Positions 27,353 through 38,031 of a DNA stretch of 64,000 bases are shown piece by piece. The notes below the pieces were generated by a model. It was given only the letters and a program-made list of their open reading frames with translations. It ran no database searches and had not been told where the DNA came from. The stretch comes from Actinomycetota bacterium (GTDB lineage Bacteria > Actinomycetota > UBA4738 > HRBIN12): the NCBI GenBank assembly GCA_005884925.1, contig VAYU01000001.1, positions 20,237 to 84,236 on the forward strand, in the 5' to 3' direction. The translations under genes were made by a program, and so were the position numbers. Each line of letters begins with the position of its first letter. The stretch's first letter is position 1.

Positions 27353-29659
27353 TCAGCCGTCCTGGCGGGCACCGCCGCCGTCGCGGAACCGCCGACCGTG
27401 GCGGTCGCCTCGGTCGCCTCGGTCGCCACGCGGGCCGCGATCGCGTCCGCGATCGCCACCTCGATCGCGCCGCTCTCCGGTGGTCTCCACCTGGGTCCCC
27501 TCGGGCACCTCCCATTCGGGGCCGACCGGCTTCAGACTGATCTTGCCCTGCGGATCGACATCTTCGACCAAGACGGTCAGCCGGTCGCCCTCCTTGACCG
27601 CCTCCTCGACGCTCGCGAGCCGTTTCCCGCGCCCCAGCTTCGAGATATGGACGAGTCCATCCCGACCGGGCACGAGGTTCACGAACGCGCCGAACGTCGT
27701 GGTCTTCACCACGGTGCCTTCGTAGGTCTCCCCCACCAAGACCGGCCGCGGGTTGGCGATCTCCTCGATCATGCGGGCGGCCTCGTCGGTACCCTCGGCT
27801 TCGCGCGAGCCGATGAAGACCGTGCCGTCGTCCTCGATGTTGATGTCGGCACCCGTCATCGCGATGATCTCGTTGATCTTCTTCCCCTTCGGCCCGATCA
27901 CCTCGCCGATCTTGTCCACGGGGATCTGGATCGTGATGATCCGCGGTGCCTTGGAGCTGACCTCGTCGCGCGGTGCCGGAAGCGCGGCCAGCATGACCTC
28001 GAGGATCTGCAGCCGCGCCTCCCTCGCCTGCTGGAGCGCACCGGCCAGGACGTCGGCCGGCATCCCCGACACCTTCATGTCGAGCTGGATCGCAGTGACG
28101 AATCCGCTGGTCCCCGCCACCTTGAAGTCCATGTCCCCTAGCGCATCCTCGGCGCCGAGGATGTCGGTGAGCGTCACGAACTGCCCGTCGTCGGCGATCA
28201 TGCCCATCGCGATCCCCGCGACGGGCGCCTTGATCGGGACGCCGGCGTCCATCAACGACAGCGTCGATCCGCACACGCTCGCCATCGAGGTGGAACCGTT
28301 CGAGGCGAGTACGTCCGACACCAGGCGAAGCGCGTACGGGAACTCCTCTTCGCTGGGCACCACCGGGATCAACGCCCGCTCTGCGAGCGCCCCGTGGCCG
28401 ATCTCACGGCGGCGAGGCGAGCCGACCCGGCCCGTCTCGCCCGTCGAGAACGGCGGGAAGTTGTAGTGGTGCATGTAGCGCTTCGAATCCTCGGGGTCGA
28501 GCGTGTCGATCAGCTGCGTCATCCGCAACATGCCGAGCGTGGTGATGTTGAGCACCTGGGTCTCCCCACGCTCGAACAACGCCGAGCCGTGTGCCCGTGG
28601 GACCAGGCCGACCTCGGCCGAGAGCCGCCGGATGTCCTTCGGGCCGCGACCGTCGAGCCGGACGCCCTGGTCGATCACGCGTCGGCGCATGACCTTCTTC
28701 TGGAGGCTCTTCCACGCGGCCGAGAACTCCTGATCGCGCGCTTCGAACGGCGCACCCAGCACCGTGACGAGATGGAGCTTCGCTTCCTCCTTGACCGCAT
28801 CGAAGGCCGCGTCGCGGGCCTGCTTGTCCGGGACGATCGCGGCTTCGAGCTTGCCAGCGAAGTTGGCGTACAGCGTGTCCCAGATGTCCTGACCGTAGAG
28901 CGGTGACGGCGTGAACTCCATCGGCGTCACCCCATGCGCTCTGATGAACTCCTCCTGGAAGGCGACCAGGTGCCCGATCTCCGCCTTCGCGACCTCGAGC
29001 CCTTGCGCGACGATCTCCTCGGTGGGCGCGACGGCTCCCTGACCGGCGCCGAGCAGCGGCCAGATGTTCTCGGGAGCCTCCCCCTCGATCATGAGGATGT
29101 CGACCCCCGCCTGCGCGTTCTTGGCGCCGGCGACGACGATGTCGAAGGTCGCGTCCTCGAGCTCTTGGAAGGTCGGGTTCACGACCCACCCACCACCGAT
29201 CATCCCGAGCCGCACCGCGGCGACGGGTCCGTCGAACGGGAGCCCGGCGAGCCCCACGGCGCATGCCGCCGCGTTCATCGCGGGGATGTCGTAGGGGTTG
29301 GCCATATCCACGGACAAGATCGTGCAGATGACCTGGACCTCGTCGCGGAAGCCCTCCTTGAACGTGGGGCGTAAGGGCCGGTCGATCAAACGAGCCGTGA
29401 GGATCGCGGTCTCTCCCGGCCGGCCTTCCCGCCGGAAGAACGAGCCAGGGATCTTCCCGGCCGCGTACATCCGCTCCTCGACGTCGATCGTGAGCGGGAA
29501 GAAGTCGATCCCCTCTCGGGGCTTCGAGCGGACGCAGGTAGCGAGCACCTGGGTCTGCCCGTACGTAACGACGACGGCTCCGTCGGCGAGCTTCGCGAGC
29601 TTGCCGGCTTCGAACGTCATCTCGTGCGCGCCGACCTGGCGCGACATGGTTGTGACCAT
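27353..29659 (-). CDS. pnp: Polyribonucleotide nucleotidyltransferase (PNPase)
   Basis: Two RNase PH domains plus KH and S1 domains. The start is at MVTTMSRQVGAHEMTFEAGKLAK, preceded by GAGGAGG. Confidence 0.9.
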   Translation of the reverse strand: MVTTMSRQVGAHEMTFEAGKLAKLADGAVVVTYGQTQVLATCVRSKPREGIDFFPLTIDVEERMYAAGKIPGSFFRREGRPGETAILTARLIDRPLRPTFKEGFRDEVQVICTILSVDMANPYDIPAMNAAACAVGLAGLPFDGPVAAVRLGMIGGGWVVNPTFQELEDATFDIVVAGAKNAQAGVDILMIEGEAPENIWPLLGAGQGAVAPTEEIVAQGLEVAKAEIGHLVAFQEEFIRAHGVTPMEFTPSPLYGQDIWDTLYANFAGKLEAAIVPDKQARDAAFDAVKEEAKLHLVTVLGAPFEARDQEFSAAWKSLQKKVMRRRVIDQGVRLDGRGPKDIRRLSAEVGLVPRAHGSALFERGETQVLNITTLGMLRMTQLIDTLDPEDSKRYMHHYNFPPFSTGETGRVGSPRRREIGHGALAERALIPVVPSEEEFPYALRLVSDVLASNGSTSMASVCGSTLSLMDAGVPIKAPVAGIAMGMIADDGQFVTLTDILGAEDALGDMDFKVAGTSGFVTAIQLDMKVSGMPADVLAGALQQAREARLQILEVMLAALPAPRDEVSSKAPRIITIQIPVDKIGEVIGPKGKKINEIIAMTGADINIEDDGTVFIGSREAEGTDEAARMIEEIANPRPVLVGETYEGTVVKTTTFGAFVNLVPGRDGLVHISKLGRGKRLASVEEAVKEGDRLTVLVEDVDPQGKISLKPVGPEWEVPEGTQVETTGERRDRGGDRGRDRGPRGDRGDRGDRHGRRFRDGGGARQDG

Positions 29660-29848
29660 CCGGTCGATCTCCTCCTCGGAGTCAGGGCGCGCCTGTGTCG
29701 CGCCGCATGGTGGTGGAGGGTTCGGGCCGGTTGTCAGTGGTGAACCTCCGGGCGTCGCCGCTGCGGAAGCTCGCGACTGAGAACCGACCGCGCTTCGGGC
29801 CTTCCCTCCTGCGGCCACTCACGTGGTCGTTACGCATCACTCCTTCGG

Positions 29849-29878
29849 GCCGGAGCCGCCGGTGGGCGGCCTCCGGGC
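29849..29878 (-). promoter_or_regulatory. Imperfect GC-rich hairpin just downstream of rpsO, in the pnp leader
   Basis: Inverted repeat GCCCGGAGGCCGCC / GGCGGCTCCGGC on the transcribed strand. rpsO-pnp intergenic hairpins are classic RNase III/PNPase autoregulatory sites. Confidence 0.4.
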
Positions 29879-29883
29879 AGGAT

Positions 29884-30153
29884 CTATCGTCGGAGACCGA
29901 GCTTCGCGACGATCGCGCGATAGCGCTCGATGTCTTCGCGCTTGAGGTACTCCAGCAGCCTCCGCCGGCGCCCAACGAGCATCAAGAGGCCCCGCCGGCT
30001 GTGGTGGTCCTGCTTGTGCAACTTGAGATGCTCGGTGAGGTCGCCGATCCGCCTGGTCAGGACGGCGATCTGCACCTCGGCGGAGCCGGTGTCGCCCGTC
30101 GTGCGGGCATGCTCCTGGATGATCTCGGTCTTGGCTTCTTTGGTCAACGTCAT
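29884..30153 (-). CDS. rpsO: 30S ribosomal protein S15
   Basis: [36 protein letters not shown]...; 89 aa. Confidence 0.95.
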   Translation of the reverse strand: MTLTKEAKTEIIQEHARTTGDTGSAEVQIAVLTRRIGDLTEHLKLHKQDHHSRRGLLMLVGRRRRLLEYLKREDIERYRAIVAKLGLRR

Positions 30154-30205
30154 GGTCGAACGCCAAGGCTACCAGCGAAAACGGCCCTCCGACCTGCGGC
30201 GACGC

Positions 30206-31144
30206 TCAACCCAGCGCCGCGTCGGGGATCAGCTCACGGGTGCTCGTCACATCCCGCGCGATCGCCGACGCGAGCTCGTCCACGGAATCGTACCGGACCT
30301 CGTCACGCAAACGCGACCAGAACTCGATCGAAAGGGGCTCGCCGGGAAGCTCGCCGTCGAACTCCAGCAGGAACGACTCGACGTGCAGGGGCTCGATGCC
30401 GAAGGTCGGGTTCGTCCCGCAGTCGATCGCGGCTCGGTACCGGCGCGCTCCATGTTCGGCAACGCCGGCGTAGATCCCCTGGCCCGGAAGGAGCAGCCTT
30501 GGCCACGTGCGGAGGTTGGCCGTCGGGTACCCGAGACCTCGACCGCGACCGTGGCCGGTCACGACCTCGCCGTCGAGGACGAATCGGCGGCCGAGAGCGG
30601 CGAGCGGCCACTCGAGATCGCCCGATGCGAGCGCCTCGCGGATCGAGGTCGAGGAGACGACCCGGCCGCCGAGCTCCACGAGGGCGACCGTCTCCACGCC
30701 GAGCCCGTAGGGAGCGGCGAGGGTGGGGAGGGTCCGCATCGTCCCTTCCGCCTTGAACCCGAACGTGAAGTTGGTGCCCATCGCCGCGTGTATCGCATGG
30801 ACGCCGCGGACCAAGACGTCCCGAACGAAGTCCCTGGCGGCGATCAGCGAGAAGTCGCGATCGAAGGTGAGCACGACCAGGACGTCGACCCCCGAGGCGG
30901 CGATCAGCTCCGCCTTCCGTTCGACGGTGGTGAGCAGCCGTGGCTCGCTCCCGGGTGAGAGCACCTCGCGCGGATGCCGGTCGAAGGTGATCGCGACCGA
31001 CCGCACGCCTCGCTCGTCCGCCCGCCGGACGACCGTCCGGAGCACCGCCGCATGACCGAGGTGGACGCCGTCGAAGAACCCGACCGTTGCGACGGATGCC
31101 TCCTCGGCGAGCGGCAGCGAGCGGATCCCATGGACGATGTCCAC
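30206..31144 (-). CDS. ribF: Bifunctional riboflavin kinase/FAD synthetase RibF
   Basis: VDIVHGIRSL...VGFFDGVHLGH... and a C-terminal riboflavin kinase; 312 aa from the GTG at 31144. The ORF extends spuriously upstream. Confidence 0.85.
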   Translation of the reverse strand: MDIVHGIRSLPLAEEASVATVGFFDGVHLGHAAVLRTVVRRADERGVRSVAITFDRHPREVLSPGSEPRLLTTVERKAELIAASGVDVLVVLTFDRDFSLIAARDFVRDVLVRGVHAIHAAMGTNFTFGFKAEGTMRTLPTLAAPYGLGVETVALVELGGRVVSSTSIREALASGDLEWPLAALGRRFVLDGEVVTGHGRGRGLGYPTANLRTWPRLLLPGQGIYAGVAEHGARRYRAAIDCGTNPTFGIEPLHVESFLLEFDGELPGEPLSIEFWSRLRDEVRYDSVDELASAIARDVTSTRELIPDAALG

Positions 31145-31307
31145 GGCCGCAGAGCGTACCCTCCTTGCGTGCCTATCCCGGCCCGTGCCAACCTCGGGCC
31201 GACCGGCCGGGCGGAGGAGGCGTGAAGCGACGACCAGGAGGCGTGACGTTCGCCGAGTTCGACCAGACACTTTGCGGCGCCGACGCACCACCGTGCGAGA
31301 ACTCCGG

Positions 31308-32039
31308 ATGAGCGCGCAACCGCAGATGCTCGCCAACCACCGGCGGGCATTCCTCTGGTCGCTCGCCCTGCTGGCCGGCTGCGTCGCTGCGCTGTTCCTG
31401 GTTGGGCGCCACCCACCCGATGCCGCTCCACTGACGACCGTTCGCTTCGTCGGCAGGTTCGACACCACCACGTACGGCTGGATGGTCGACGTCCGGAACG
31501 CGTGGCTGACGTGGCTCTGCAAGGTGCTGAACGTGATCGGCGGGGGGGTCGTCACGATCCCGGTCCGGATCGCGGCCGTCCTCTTGCTCGCGCTCCGACG
31601 GCGCTGGGCCAGATGCGTTGCCTTCGCGCTAACCTGGGCCAGCAGCGAGATCGTTCTCAACGCGCTGAAGTCGTGGTTCCACCGCGGCCGGCCTCCGTCC
31701 CCCCTCGTGACGACGATCGGGTTCTCGTTCCCGTCCGGTCACGCGGTCGCGGGCGCGGCGACCGCCGTGGCTCTCGTGATCGCCTTCTTCCCCGCGGGCG
31801 AGCAACGCCGCCGGTGGGAGTGGTTGGCGGTCGCGTTCGCATTCGTCATGTCGATGTCGCGCGTCTACCTGGCGGCGCACTGGTTCTCCGACGTGGTGGC
31901 GGGCACGCTCCTCGGTGCGGGCATCGCGGTCTTCTGGGCGGCGACGATCACGGAGTGCCGCGACCTGATCCTCCGGGCCCGTGGGGAGCCGATACCCCGC
32001 GAGGAGGCGCCGGGCGCACCGGTTCAAGCGGGGAAGTAA
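31308..32039 (+). CDS. PAP2-family phosphatase (phosphatidic acid/undecaprenyl-diphosphate phosphatase-like)
   Basis: The three PAP2 motifs (KxxxxxxRP = LKSWFHRGRPP; PSGH = FPSGHAVAG; SRxxxxxHxxxD = SRVYLAAHWFSDV). Internal start MSAQPQMLANH. Confidence 0.7.
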   Translation: MSAQPQMLANHRRAFLWSLALLAGCVAALFLVGRHPPDAAPLTTVRFVGRFDTTTYGWMVDVRNAWLTWLCKVLNVIGGGVVTIPVRIAAVLLLALRRRWARCVAFALTWASSEIVLNALKSWFHRGRPPSPLVTTIGFSFPSGHAVAGAATAVALVIAFFPAGEQRRRWEWLAVAFAFVMSMSRVYLAAHWFSDVVAGTLLGAGIAVFWAATITECRDLILRARGEPIPREEAPGAPVQAGK

Positions 32040-33109
32040 CTCACCCGCTCCCGCTGCGCGGCGACATCGGCGGGGCGTCGCCAGTCCGACTTCACGCGCC
32101 AGATGACGTAGGTGAACCCGCCGATCGGGATCTGGATGCCGTACGTCAGGGCGCGGAACAGCAGCACCGCCGCGACGATCTGCGCCTTCTCGAGCGAATC
32201 GAACGCGGTCAGTCCACCGATGTACCCGAGGTCGATCAGGCCGACCCCACCCGGCGTGATCGGAACCGCCGACAACAACCGGGAGAACGCGAACACGGCG
32301 AACGCCTCCGCGGTCGACACCTCGTGTTCGGAGACCCCCATGTGCCGGAGCGAGAGCAACAGCACGAAGAAGAGCGCCAGCTGGCTCAGCACCGTGAACA
32401 ACGTCAACCGGATCCATCGGTACCGAACCAGGGCGATCGTGTCTCGGCGGAACCGAGCCGCACCCTCGCCCCAGCCCGTGACGGGGGGTTTGCGGAAGAG
32501 GGCACGGAGTCTGGAGACAACACGTGCAAGCGCGTTGCCGATCCGGATCGCGAACGTCTCGCTCCGGAAGAGGAGCGCGAACAGCACCACCGCGGCGCCG
32601 AGGAACGCGAGACCGACGACGGCAGCCACGATGTACGCTGGGGTCAGGTGCCCGCTGAGCGCGAGGAACACCAGCGCGAGCATCGGCAGCCCGAGCTTCG
32701 TGAAGATGTTCCAGATGCCGGTCACGCCGACGTACAGCGCGACGTTCGTCCCGGTGAACCCCCACGAGTCCAGGATCGAGTACGTCAGCCCGATCGCGAT
32801 CGCACCGCCGGCGGGGAGCGTGTTCGCGACCGACGTCGTCGTCTGCGTGAGGACCGCGGCCTTGCCGATGCCCATGCCCGGCAGGGCCGCCTGGTTCGCC
32901 CACCAGTAGGTCACGAGGTTGAAGATCGTCGCGGCGACCAGCGACCAGAACTCGAGCGGCGTCAGCGTCCCGATCGCGGAGGCGACGTCGTGGTAATCGG
33001 CGTACTTCGGGATCGCCCAGGCGAAGATCGCGACCACGATGGCGACGGAGATGACGTAGCCGACGATCCGCTTCCAGGTCAGACGGGTGCGAGGCTTCGG
33101 TTCGGGCAT
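32024..33109 (-). CDS. Flippase-like (UPF0104/MprF C-terminal-like) integral membrane protein
   Basis: Multi-TM protein. Internal start MPEPKPRTRLTWKRIVGYVISVAIVV. Its 3' end overlaps the convergent PAP2 gene by 16 nt. Confidence 0.55.
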   Translation of the reverse strand: MPEPKPRTRLTWKRIVGYVISVAIVVAIFAWAIPKYADYHDVASAIGTLTPLEFWSLVAATIFNLVTYWWANQAALPGMGIGKAAVLTQTTTSVANTLPAGGAIAIGLTYSILDSWGFTGTNVALYVGVTGIWNIFTKLGLPMLALVFLALSGHLTPAYIVAAVVGLAFLGAAVVLFALLFRSETFAIRIGNALARVVSRLRALFRKPPVTGWGEGAARFRRDTIALVRYRWIRLTLFTVLSQLALFFVLLLSLRHMGVSEHEVSTAEAFAVFAFSRLLSAVPITPGGVGLIDLGYIGGLTAFDSLEKAQIVAAVLLFRALTYGIQIPIGGFTYVIWRVKSDWRRPADVAAQRERVSYFPA

Positions 33110-33120
33110 GGCTGCTGAGC

Positions 33121-33978
33121 CTACCCCAGCCGGGCGAGCACCATCTCCGGGCGGGCCTTGGGCCCGTCGTCGCGATAGATGGCGACCAAGGATCCGTCCG
33201 GATCGAACACCCCGTAGGGCCCCTCGATCCCGGCCGGCCCCAGGATGCTCCCGTGTCGCGCGACCCGCGCCTCCTCGGGCTCGAGCTCGAAGCGGGGAAG
33301 GTGCGCGACGGCCCGCTCGATCGGGAGGAGATCTCCGGCCTCGTCCGGGGGCTTCGCGTCGTCGACGGCGAACGAACCGATCGCGGTCCGTCGCAGGCTT
33401 GTGAGGTGCGCACCGCACCCGAGCGCGGACCCGACGTCGGCGGCGAGGACGCGGACGTACGTGCCGCCGCTCACCATGGCGACGAAATCGACGTCCACGC
33501 CGTTCCGTGCGAGCAAGTCGAATCGGTCGACCCGGACCGTGCGTGGCGCCGCGCGGAGCTCTTCGCCCCGCCGCGCCGCGTCGTACAGCTTGCGGCCGCC
33601 AACCTTCGCCGCACTGAACGCCGGCGGCGCCTGCAGCGACTCGCCGAGCTTGGCCGCCATCGCCCGCGCGACGTCGGCGTCCGTCGCAGCGACCGGCGAC
33701 TCCCGCGTGATATCTCCCTCCGCGTCGAGCGTGTCCGTCTCCACCCCGAGCCGGAAGGTCCCTTCATAGGTCTTCGGGAGGTCGCCGAGGAACCGGAGCA
33801 GCCGGGTGGCTCGACCCAATCCGAGGACCAGGAGCCCGGTCGCCATGGGGTCGAGCGTCCCCGCGTGGCCGACCTTCTTTGCCCGGGTGGTCCGTCGGAC
33901 GATGGCGACGGCATCGTGCGACGTGATCCCCGCCGGTTTGTCGATCAACAGCAGGCCTTCGGCCGGCGGCGGGCTCAC
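33121..33978 (-). CDS. truB: tRNA pseudouridine(55) synthase TruB
   Basis: LLLIDKPAGITSHD...GHAGTLDPMATGLL; 285 aa. Confidence 0.9.
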   Translation of the reverse strand: MSPPPAEGLLLIDKPAGITSHDAVAIVRRTTRAKKVGHAGTLDPMATGLLVLGLGRATRLLRFLGDLPKTYEGTFRLGVETDTLDAEGDITRESPVAATDADVARAMAAKLGESLQAPPAFSAAKVGGRKLYDAARRGEELRAAPRTVRVDRFDLLARNGVDVDFVAMVSGGTYVRVLAADVGSALGCGAHLTSLRRTAIGSFAVDDAKPPDEAGDLLPIERAVAHLPRFELEPEEARVARHGSILGPAGIEGPYGVFDPDGSLVAIYRDDGPKARPEMVLARLG

Positions 33979-34958
33979 GACGAGACCGGGAGCCCGCGAA
34001 GGACCTGCACGAGACGCTCGATCGTCCCGGCGGGACCGTGCTCGCTGGTGTAGCCCGCGGCCAGGCGGTGGCCGCCGCCGCCGAAGGCGGCCGCGGCCAC
34101 CGCCAGATCGTGCCCACCGCGCGAGCGCACGCTCACCTTGAACCGCCCGTCTCGCTGCTGCTTGAGGAGGGCGGCAACGTCCGCCTCACGGGCGGTTCGG
34201 AGCACGTCGATCAGGTCGTCGGTATCCCCTGGGCCCACCCCGGCCTCCGCCAGATCGGCCTGGGTCAGGTACGTCCACACCAGCTCCGCCTCCGGGACCT
34301 CTTGGAGCCGGCTCAACGCTCGGCCGACCAGCCGGAGGTAGGCCGCTCCGTTGTCCTCGTAGAACACCTGGGAGAGCCGGGCATGGTCGAAGTCGTGCTC
34401 GCGGAGACGAGACGCGAGGCGGAGCGTCTGGGAGGTGACGGCTTCGTACTGGAACCGGCCCGTGTCCGTCACGAGGCCGGCGTACAGGCACAGCGCCGAC
34501 TCGCGTGTCATCTCTCCACCGATCTCGTCGATCAACCTCGCCACCAGCTCGCACGTCGATGACGCGTCGGGGTCCACCAACCGGATCGTTCCGCTGCCGT
34601 CGTTCGATCGATGGTGATCGATCCAGATCAGCTCCTTCGCCGCCGTCGCGGACGGCTCGAGCATCCCCAACCGATCGAACGACGCGCAGTCGCAGGTCAC
34701 CATCACTGCCGGCGATCGTGGGAACCGGTTGGGCGACACCAGCAGTTCGAGCCCGGGAAGCATGTCGGCCCAGCGCGGGAGGTTCGGGGGGTTGTTGGGG
34801 AACGAACAGACGACCTCGGTTCCTCGCGCCACGAGATGGTGCGCGAGCCCGAGCATCGATCCGAGGGCGTCGGCGTCGGGGTTCACGTGGCATGCCATCG
34901 CGACGCCGTCGGCATCGCGCAGGACGTCGGCGGCCCGGGAAAGGTCTTCAGGCGTCAT
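33975..34958 (-). CDS. nrnA: DHH/DHHA1 phosphoesterase (NrnA-like bifunctional oligoribonuclease/pAp phosphatase)
   Basis: DHH motifs (CHVNPDADALGS, DHH) and DHHA1 (GGGH). The stop overlaps the truB start (ATGA). Confidence 0.75.
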   Translation of the reverse strand: MTPEDLSRAADVLRDADGVAMACHVNPDADALGSMLGLAHHLVARGTEVVCSFPNNPPNLPRWADMLPGLELLVSPNRFPRSPAVMVTCDCASFDRLGMLEPSATAAKELIWIDHHRSNDGSGTIRLVDPDASSTCELVARLIDEIGGEMTRESALCLYAGLVTDTGRFQYEAVTSQTLRLASRLREHDFDHARLSQVFYEDNGAAYLRLVGRALSRLQEVPEAELVWTYLTQADLAEAGVGPGDTDDLIDVLRTAREADVAALLKQQRDGRFKVSVRSRGGHDLAVAAAAFGGGGHRLAAGYTSEHGPAGTIERLVQVLRGLPVSS

Positions 34959-35313
34959 GCGAAGCCCCTTCCTCGTGATGCAACTGATCGAGGATCCGGT
35001 CGATCCGCTGGCCGGTCGCGAGCGTGTCGTCCTCCTCGAACCGAAGCTCGGGGACGACCTTGAGTCGGATCTGCCGCCCCAACTCGTGCCGGAGGTGGGG
35101 CGTCGCGGACCGTAGCGCCGCCCGGGAGCCGGCTTTGGCCGCGGCGTCGCCGAACACCGTGAAGTAGACCCACGCGACCCGCAGATCGTGGGACACCTTG
35201 ACGCCCGTGATCGTGACGAACCCGATCCTCGGGTCCTTCAGCTTCTGGATCGCCTCGGCGAGGATCTCTCGGAACCCCTCGCCGACCCGTTCCGCTCGGG
35301 GTCCTTGCGGCAT
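34948..35313 (-). CDS. rbfA: Ribosome-binding factor A
   Basis: 121 aa; KH-like RbfA signature. Sits in the conserved nusA-infB-rbfA-truB cluster. Confidence 0.9.
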   Translation of the reverse strand: MPQGPRAERVGEGFREILAEAIQKLKDPRIGFVTITGVKVSHDLRVAWVYFTVFGDAAAKAGSRAALRSATPHLRHELGRQIRLKVVPELRFEEDDTLATGQRIDRILDQLHHEEGASHDA

Positions 35314-35336
35314 GGGACCAGCGTACCCGGCGTCTC

Positions 35337-35630
35337 TCAGTCCTCAGGCCACACGAGCTGGAGCTCGGCGTTCAACACTTCGGTCCCGTCCCACCGTTCC
35401 ACGAGCTTCTCGACCTCGTGCATCACCCGGCGGAGGTGATGCTGGTCGGAACCGACCGCGGCGACCGCGATCGCCGACCGCTGCCAGAGGTCCTGATGCT
35501 CGACCTCGGCGACGCTCACGGGGAACCGCTGCCGGAGCGTGACGGTGAGGGTCGCCAGGACGTGACGCTTCTCCTTCAGGGATCGGCATCCGGGGATCCG
35601 CAGATCGAAGCGCTCGAGTGCGACCAGCAC
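35337..35630 (-). CDS. DUF503 family protein (YlxP-like)
   Basis: 97-aa ORF between infB and rbfA, as in many Gram-positives. Confidence 0.65.
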   Translation of the reverse strand: MLVALERFDLRIPGCRSLKEKRHVLATLTVTLRQRFPVSVAEVEHQDLWQRSAIAVAAVGSDQHHLRRVMHEVEKLVERWDGTEVLNAELQLVWPED

Positions 35631-35637
35631 GGCCGGC

Positions 35638-37752
35638 TCAGATGGTTCGGGCGAACTCTTCGACCTCGTAGGCCTCGATGATGTCGCCCTCCTTGACGTC
35701 CTGATAGTTCTCGAGGCCGATGCCGCACTCGAACCCCTCGCGGACCTCGGCGGCGTCGTCCTTGAAGCGGCGCAGGGACCCGATCTTGCCGTCGTAGACG
35801 ATCACGCCGTCACGCACCAGCCGGACGGAGGCGTTCCGACGGATCACGCCGCTGCGCACGTAGGAACCCGCCACGACCCCGAGCCTCGGCACCCGGAAGG
35901 TCTGGCGAACCTCCGCTTCCCCGAGGATGCGTTCGCGTTGCTCCGGCTTCAACAGACCAGAGAGCGCGGCCTTGATGTCGTCGATCGCGTCGTAGATCAC
36001 CTTGTACGTCCGGATGTCGACGCCCTCAGCCTCGGCGAGCTCGCGCGCCCCCGCGGACGGCCGGACGTTGAACCCGACGATGATCGCGTCGGACGCCATC
36101 GCGAGCGTGACATCGTTCTCCGTGATGCCGCCGGCACCGGCTCGAACGATGTTCACCCTGACCTCTTCCTGCGGAAGCTTGAGCAAGGAGTCCTCGAGCG
36201 CCTGCACGGACCCCTGGACATCGGCCTTCACGATCAGGTTGAGATCGATCACCTCTGCGCGTCCGGTCTCGCGCATCAGGTCCTCGAGCGTCTTGCGCTT
36301 GGCGGTGACGAGCTCCGCCTGGCGGGTCTTGGCTTCGCGCTCCTCCGCCAGGTGACGAGCCTCACGCTCGTCGTCAACCTCACGGAAGTCGTCGCCGGCG
36401 CTCGGCACGTGACTCCAACCGAGGATCTGCACCGGCTTGGACGGGCCCGCGAGCTCCACGGGGCGCCCGTTCTCATCTTGCATCGCGCGGATCCGGCAAT
36501 ACGCGGTTCCCGCGATCAATGCGTCGCCGACCTCGATCGTGCCCTTCTGCACGAGCACGGTCGCGACCGGTCCGCGACCCTTGTCGAGGTGAGCCTCGAG
36601 GACGGTCCCGCGGGCCCGCCCGGTCGGATCGCCCTTCAGCTCCTCGAGATCGGCGACCACGAGGATCGTGTCGAGCAACGCATCGAGATTGATGTTCGCC
36701 TTCGCGGAGACGTCGACGAACTCGTAGTCGCCGCCCCACTCGGAGGGGACGACGCCGCGTTCGACCATCTGCGTCCGGACGCGGTTGGGGTCCGCGTCGT
36801 CCTTGTCGATCTTGTTGACGGCCACGATGATCGGAACGTTCGCCGCTTTCGCGTGGTCGAGCGCTTCCACCGTCTGCGGCATGACGCCGTCGTCGGCGGC
36901 GACCACCAACACCACGATGTCGGTCACCCCCGCACCGCGAGCTCGCATCGCCGTGAACGCCTCGTGGCCCGGGGTGTCGATGAAGGTGATCTCGCGGTCG
37001 CCCGCGTGCGCTTGGTACGCGCCGATGTGCTGCGTGATCCCCCCGAACTCACCCGCCACCACGTCGGTGGACCGGATCGCGTCGAGGAGCTTCGTCTTCC
37101 CGTGGTCGACGTGGCCCATGATGGTCACGACCGGAGCACGCGGCACGAGTGCTCCCTGATCGGTCGCCTCCTCCTGCTGCTCTTCGAGCTTGAGCTCGTC
37201 CTCGATCCCGACGATGTCAGCCATGTAGCCGAGCTCATCCGCGATCACCCGGATCGCGTCATCGGTCAGCGACGTCGTCGCGGTGGCCATCTCACCCGCC
37301 ATGAACAGGATCTTCACGATCTCGGCCGGTGAGCGGTCCAGCTTCTCGGCGATCACCTGGGGCGTCGCGCCGTGCACGACCTGCAGGACCGGACCCGACG
37401 GGGCGAGCGGCTCCACCGGCTTCTCGGCCACGCGCTTGCGCGCCGGCGGGCGGGCCGGGGCCGGCGTCTCAGCGGCGGCCGGCGCCGGTGCGGGTGCAGG
37501 GACCGCTGCGACCGGCTTGGCCGCTGCAGCACGCTTGGACTTCGCCCGCCGCGGCTGCGGCGGCGGCTCCAAGACCTCGCGCGATCTGGGCGGAGCCCCG
37601 GTCGCCTTGCCGCCGGACGCGCGCAGACGAGGAACGATGTCCTCAGGCACGCTGGACGACGCCGACTTGCCGCTCACCCCCATCTGTTCGAGCGTCTCCA
37701 GCAGTTCCTTGCTGGTGACGCCGAGCTCTTTGGCCAGTTCGTGAACCCTCAT
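35638..37752 (-). CDS. infB: Translation initiation factor IF-2
   Basis: [18 protein letters not shown]..., an Ala/Pro-rich linker and a GTPase ([17 protein letters not shown]); 704 aa. Confidence 0.95.
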   Translation of the reverse strand: MRVHELAKELGVTSKELLETLEQMGVSGKSASSSVPEDIVPRLRASGGKATGAPPRSREVLEPPPQPRRAKSKRAAAAKPVAAVPAPAPAPAAAETPAPARPPARKRVAEKPVEPLAPSGPVLQVVHGATPQVIAEKLDRSPAEIVKILFMAGEMATATTSLTDDAIRVIADELGYMADIVGIEDELKLEEQQEEATDQGALVPRAPVVTIMGHVDHGKTKLLDAIRSTDVVAGEFGGITQHIGAYQAHAGDREITFIDTPGHEAFTAMRARGAGVTDIVVLVVAADDGVMPQTVEALDHAKAANVPIIVAVNKIDKDDADPNRVRTQMVERGVVPSEWGGDYEFVDVSAKANINLDALLDTILVVADLEELKGDPTGRARGTVLEAHLDKGRGPVATVLVQKGTIEVGDALIAGTAYCRIRAMQDENGRPVELAGPSKPVQILGWSHVPSAGDDFREVDDEREARHLAEEREAKTRQAELVTAKRKTLEDLMRETGRAEVIDLNLIVKADVQGSVQALEDSLLKLPQEEVRVNIVRAGAGGITENDVTLAMASDAIIVGFNVRPSAGARELAEAEGVDIRTYKVIYDAIDDIKAALSGLLKPEQRERILGEAEVRQTFRVPRLGVVAGSYVRSGVIRRNASVRLVRDGVIVYDGKIGSLRRFKDDAAEVREGFECGIGLENYQDVKEGDIIEAYEVEEFARTI

Positions 37753-38027
37753 CCGTTCCCTTGCATCCTTTCGACGACCTCTCGTAGCTTACGTGCTTCC
37801 TCCGGACCGACGCCCGAGCGGAGCGACCGCGCGATCGACCCTCGACGGATCGCCTGCTCCACGCACACCGACGTTCGGTGGACGTACGCGCCGCGACCCG
37901 GGAGGCGGCCCGACGGATCGGCCAGGACCACCCCGCCCGGACCGAGCGCGATGCGAAGGAGCGCCGACCTTCCCGACGCTCGGCCGCAGCCGACGCACGA
38001 GCGCTGCGGCTCGCGACGCCGATCCAC
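37749..38027 (-). CDS. YlxR family (DUF448) RNA-binding protein
   Basis: 92 aa; a CVGC motif; lies between nusA and infB. The stop overlaps the infB start. Confidence 0.75.
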   Translation of the reverse strand: MDRRREPQRSCVGCGRASGRSALLRIALGPGGVVLADPSGRLPGRGAYVHRTSVCVEQAIRRGSIARSLRSGVGPEEARKLREVVERMQGNG

Positions 38028-38031
38028 CGGC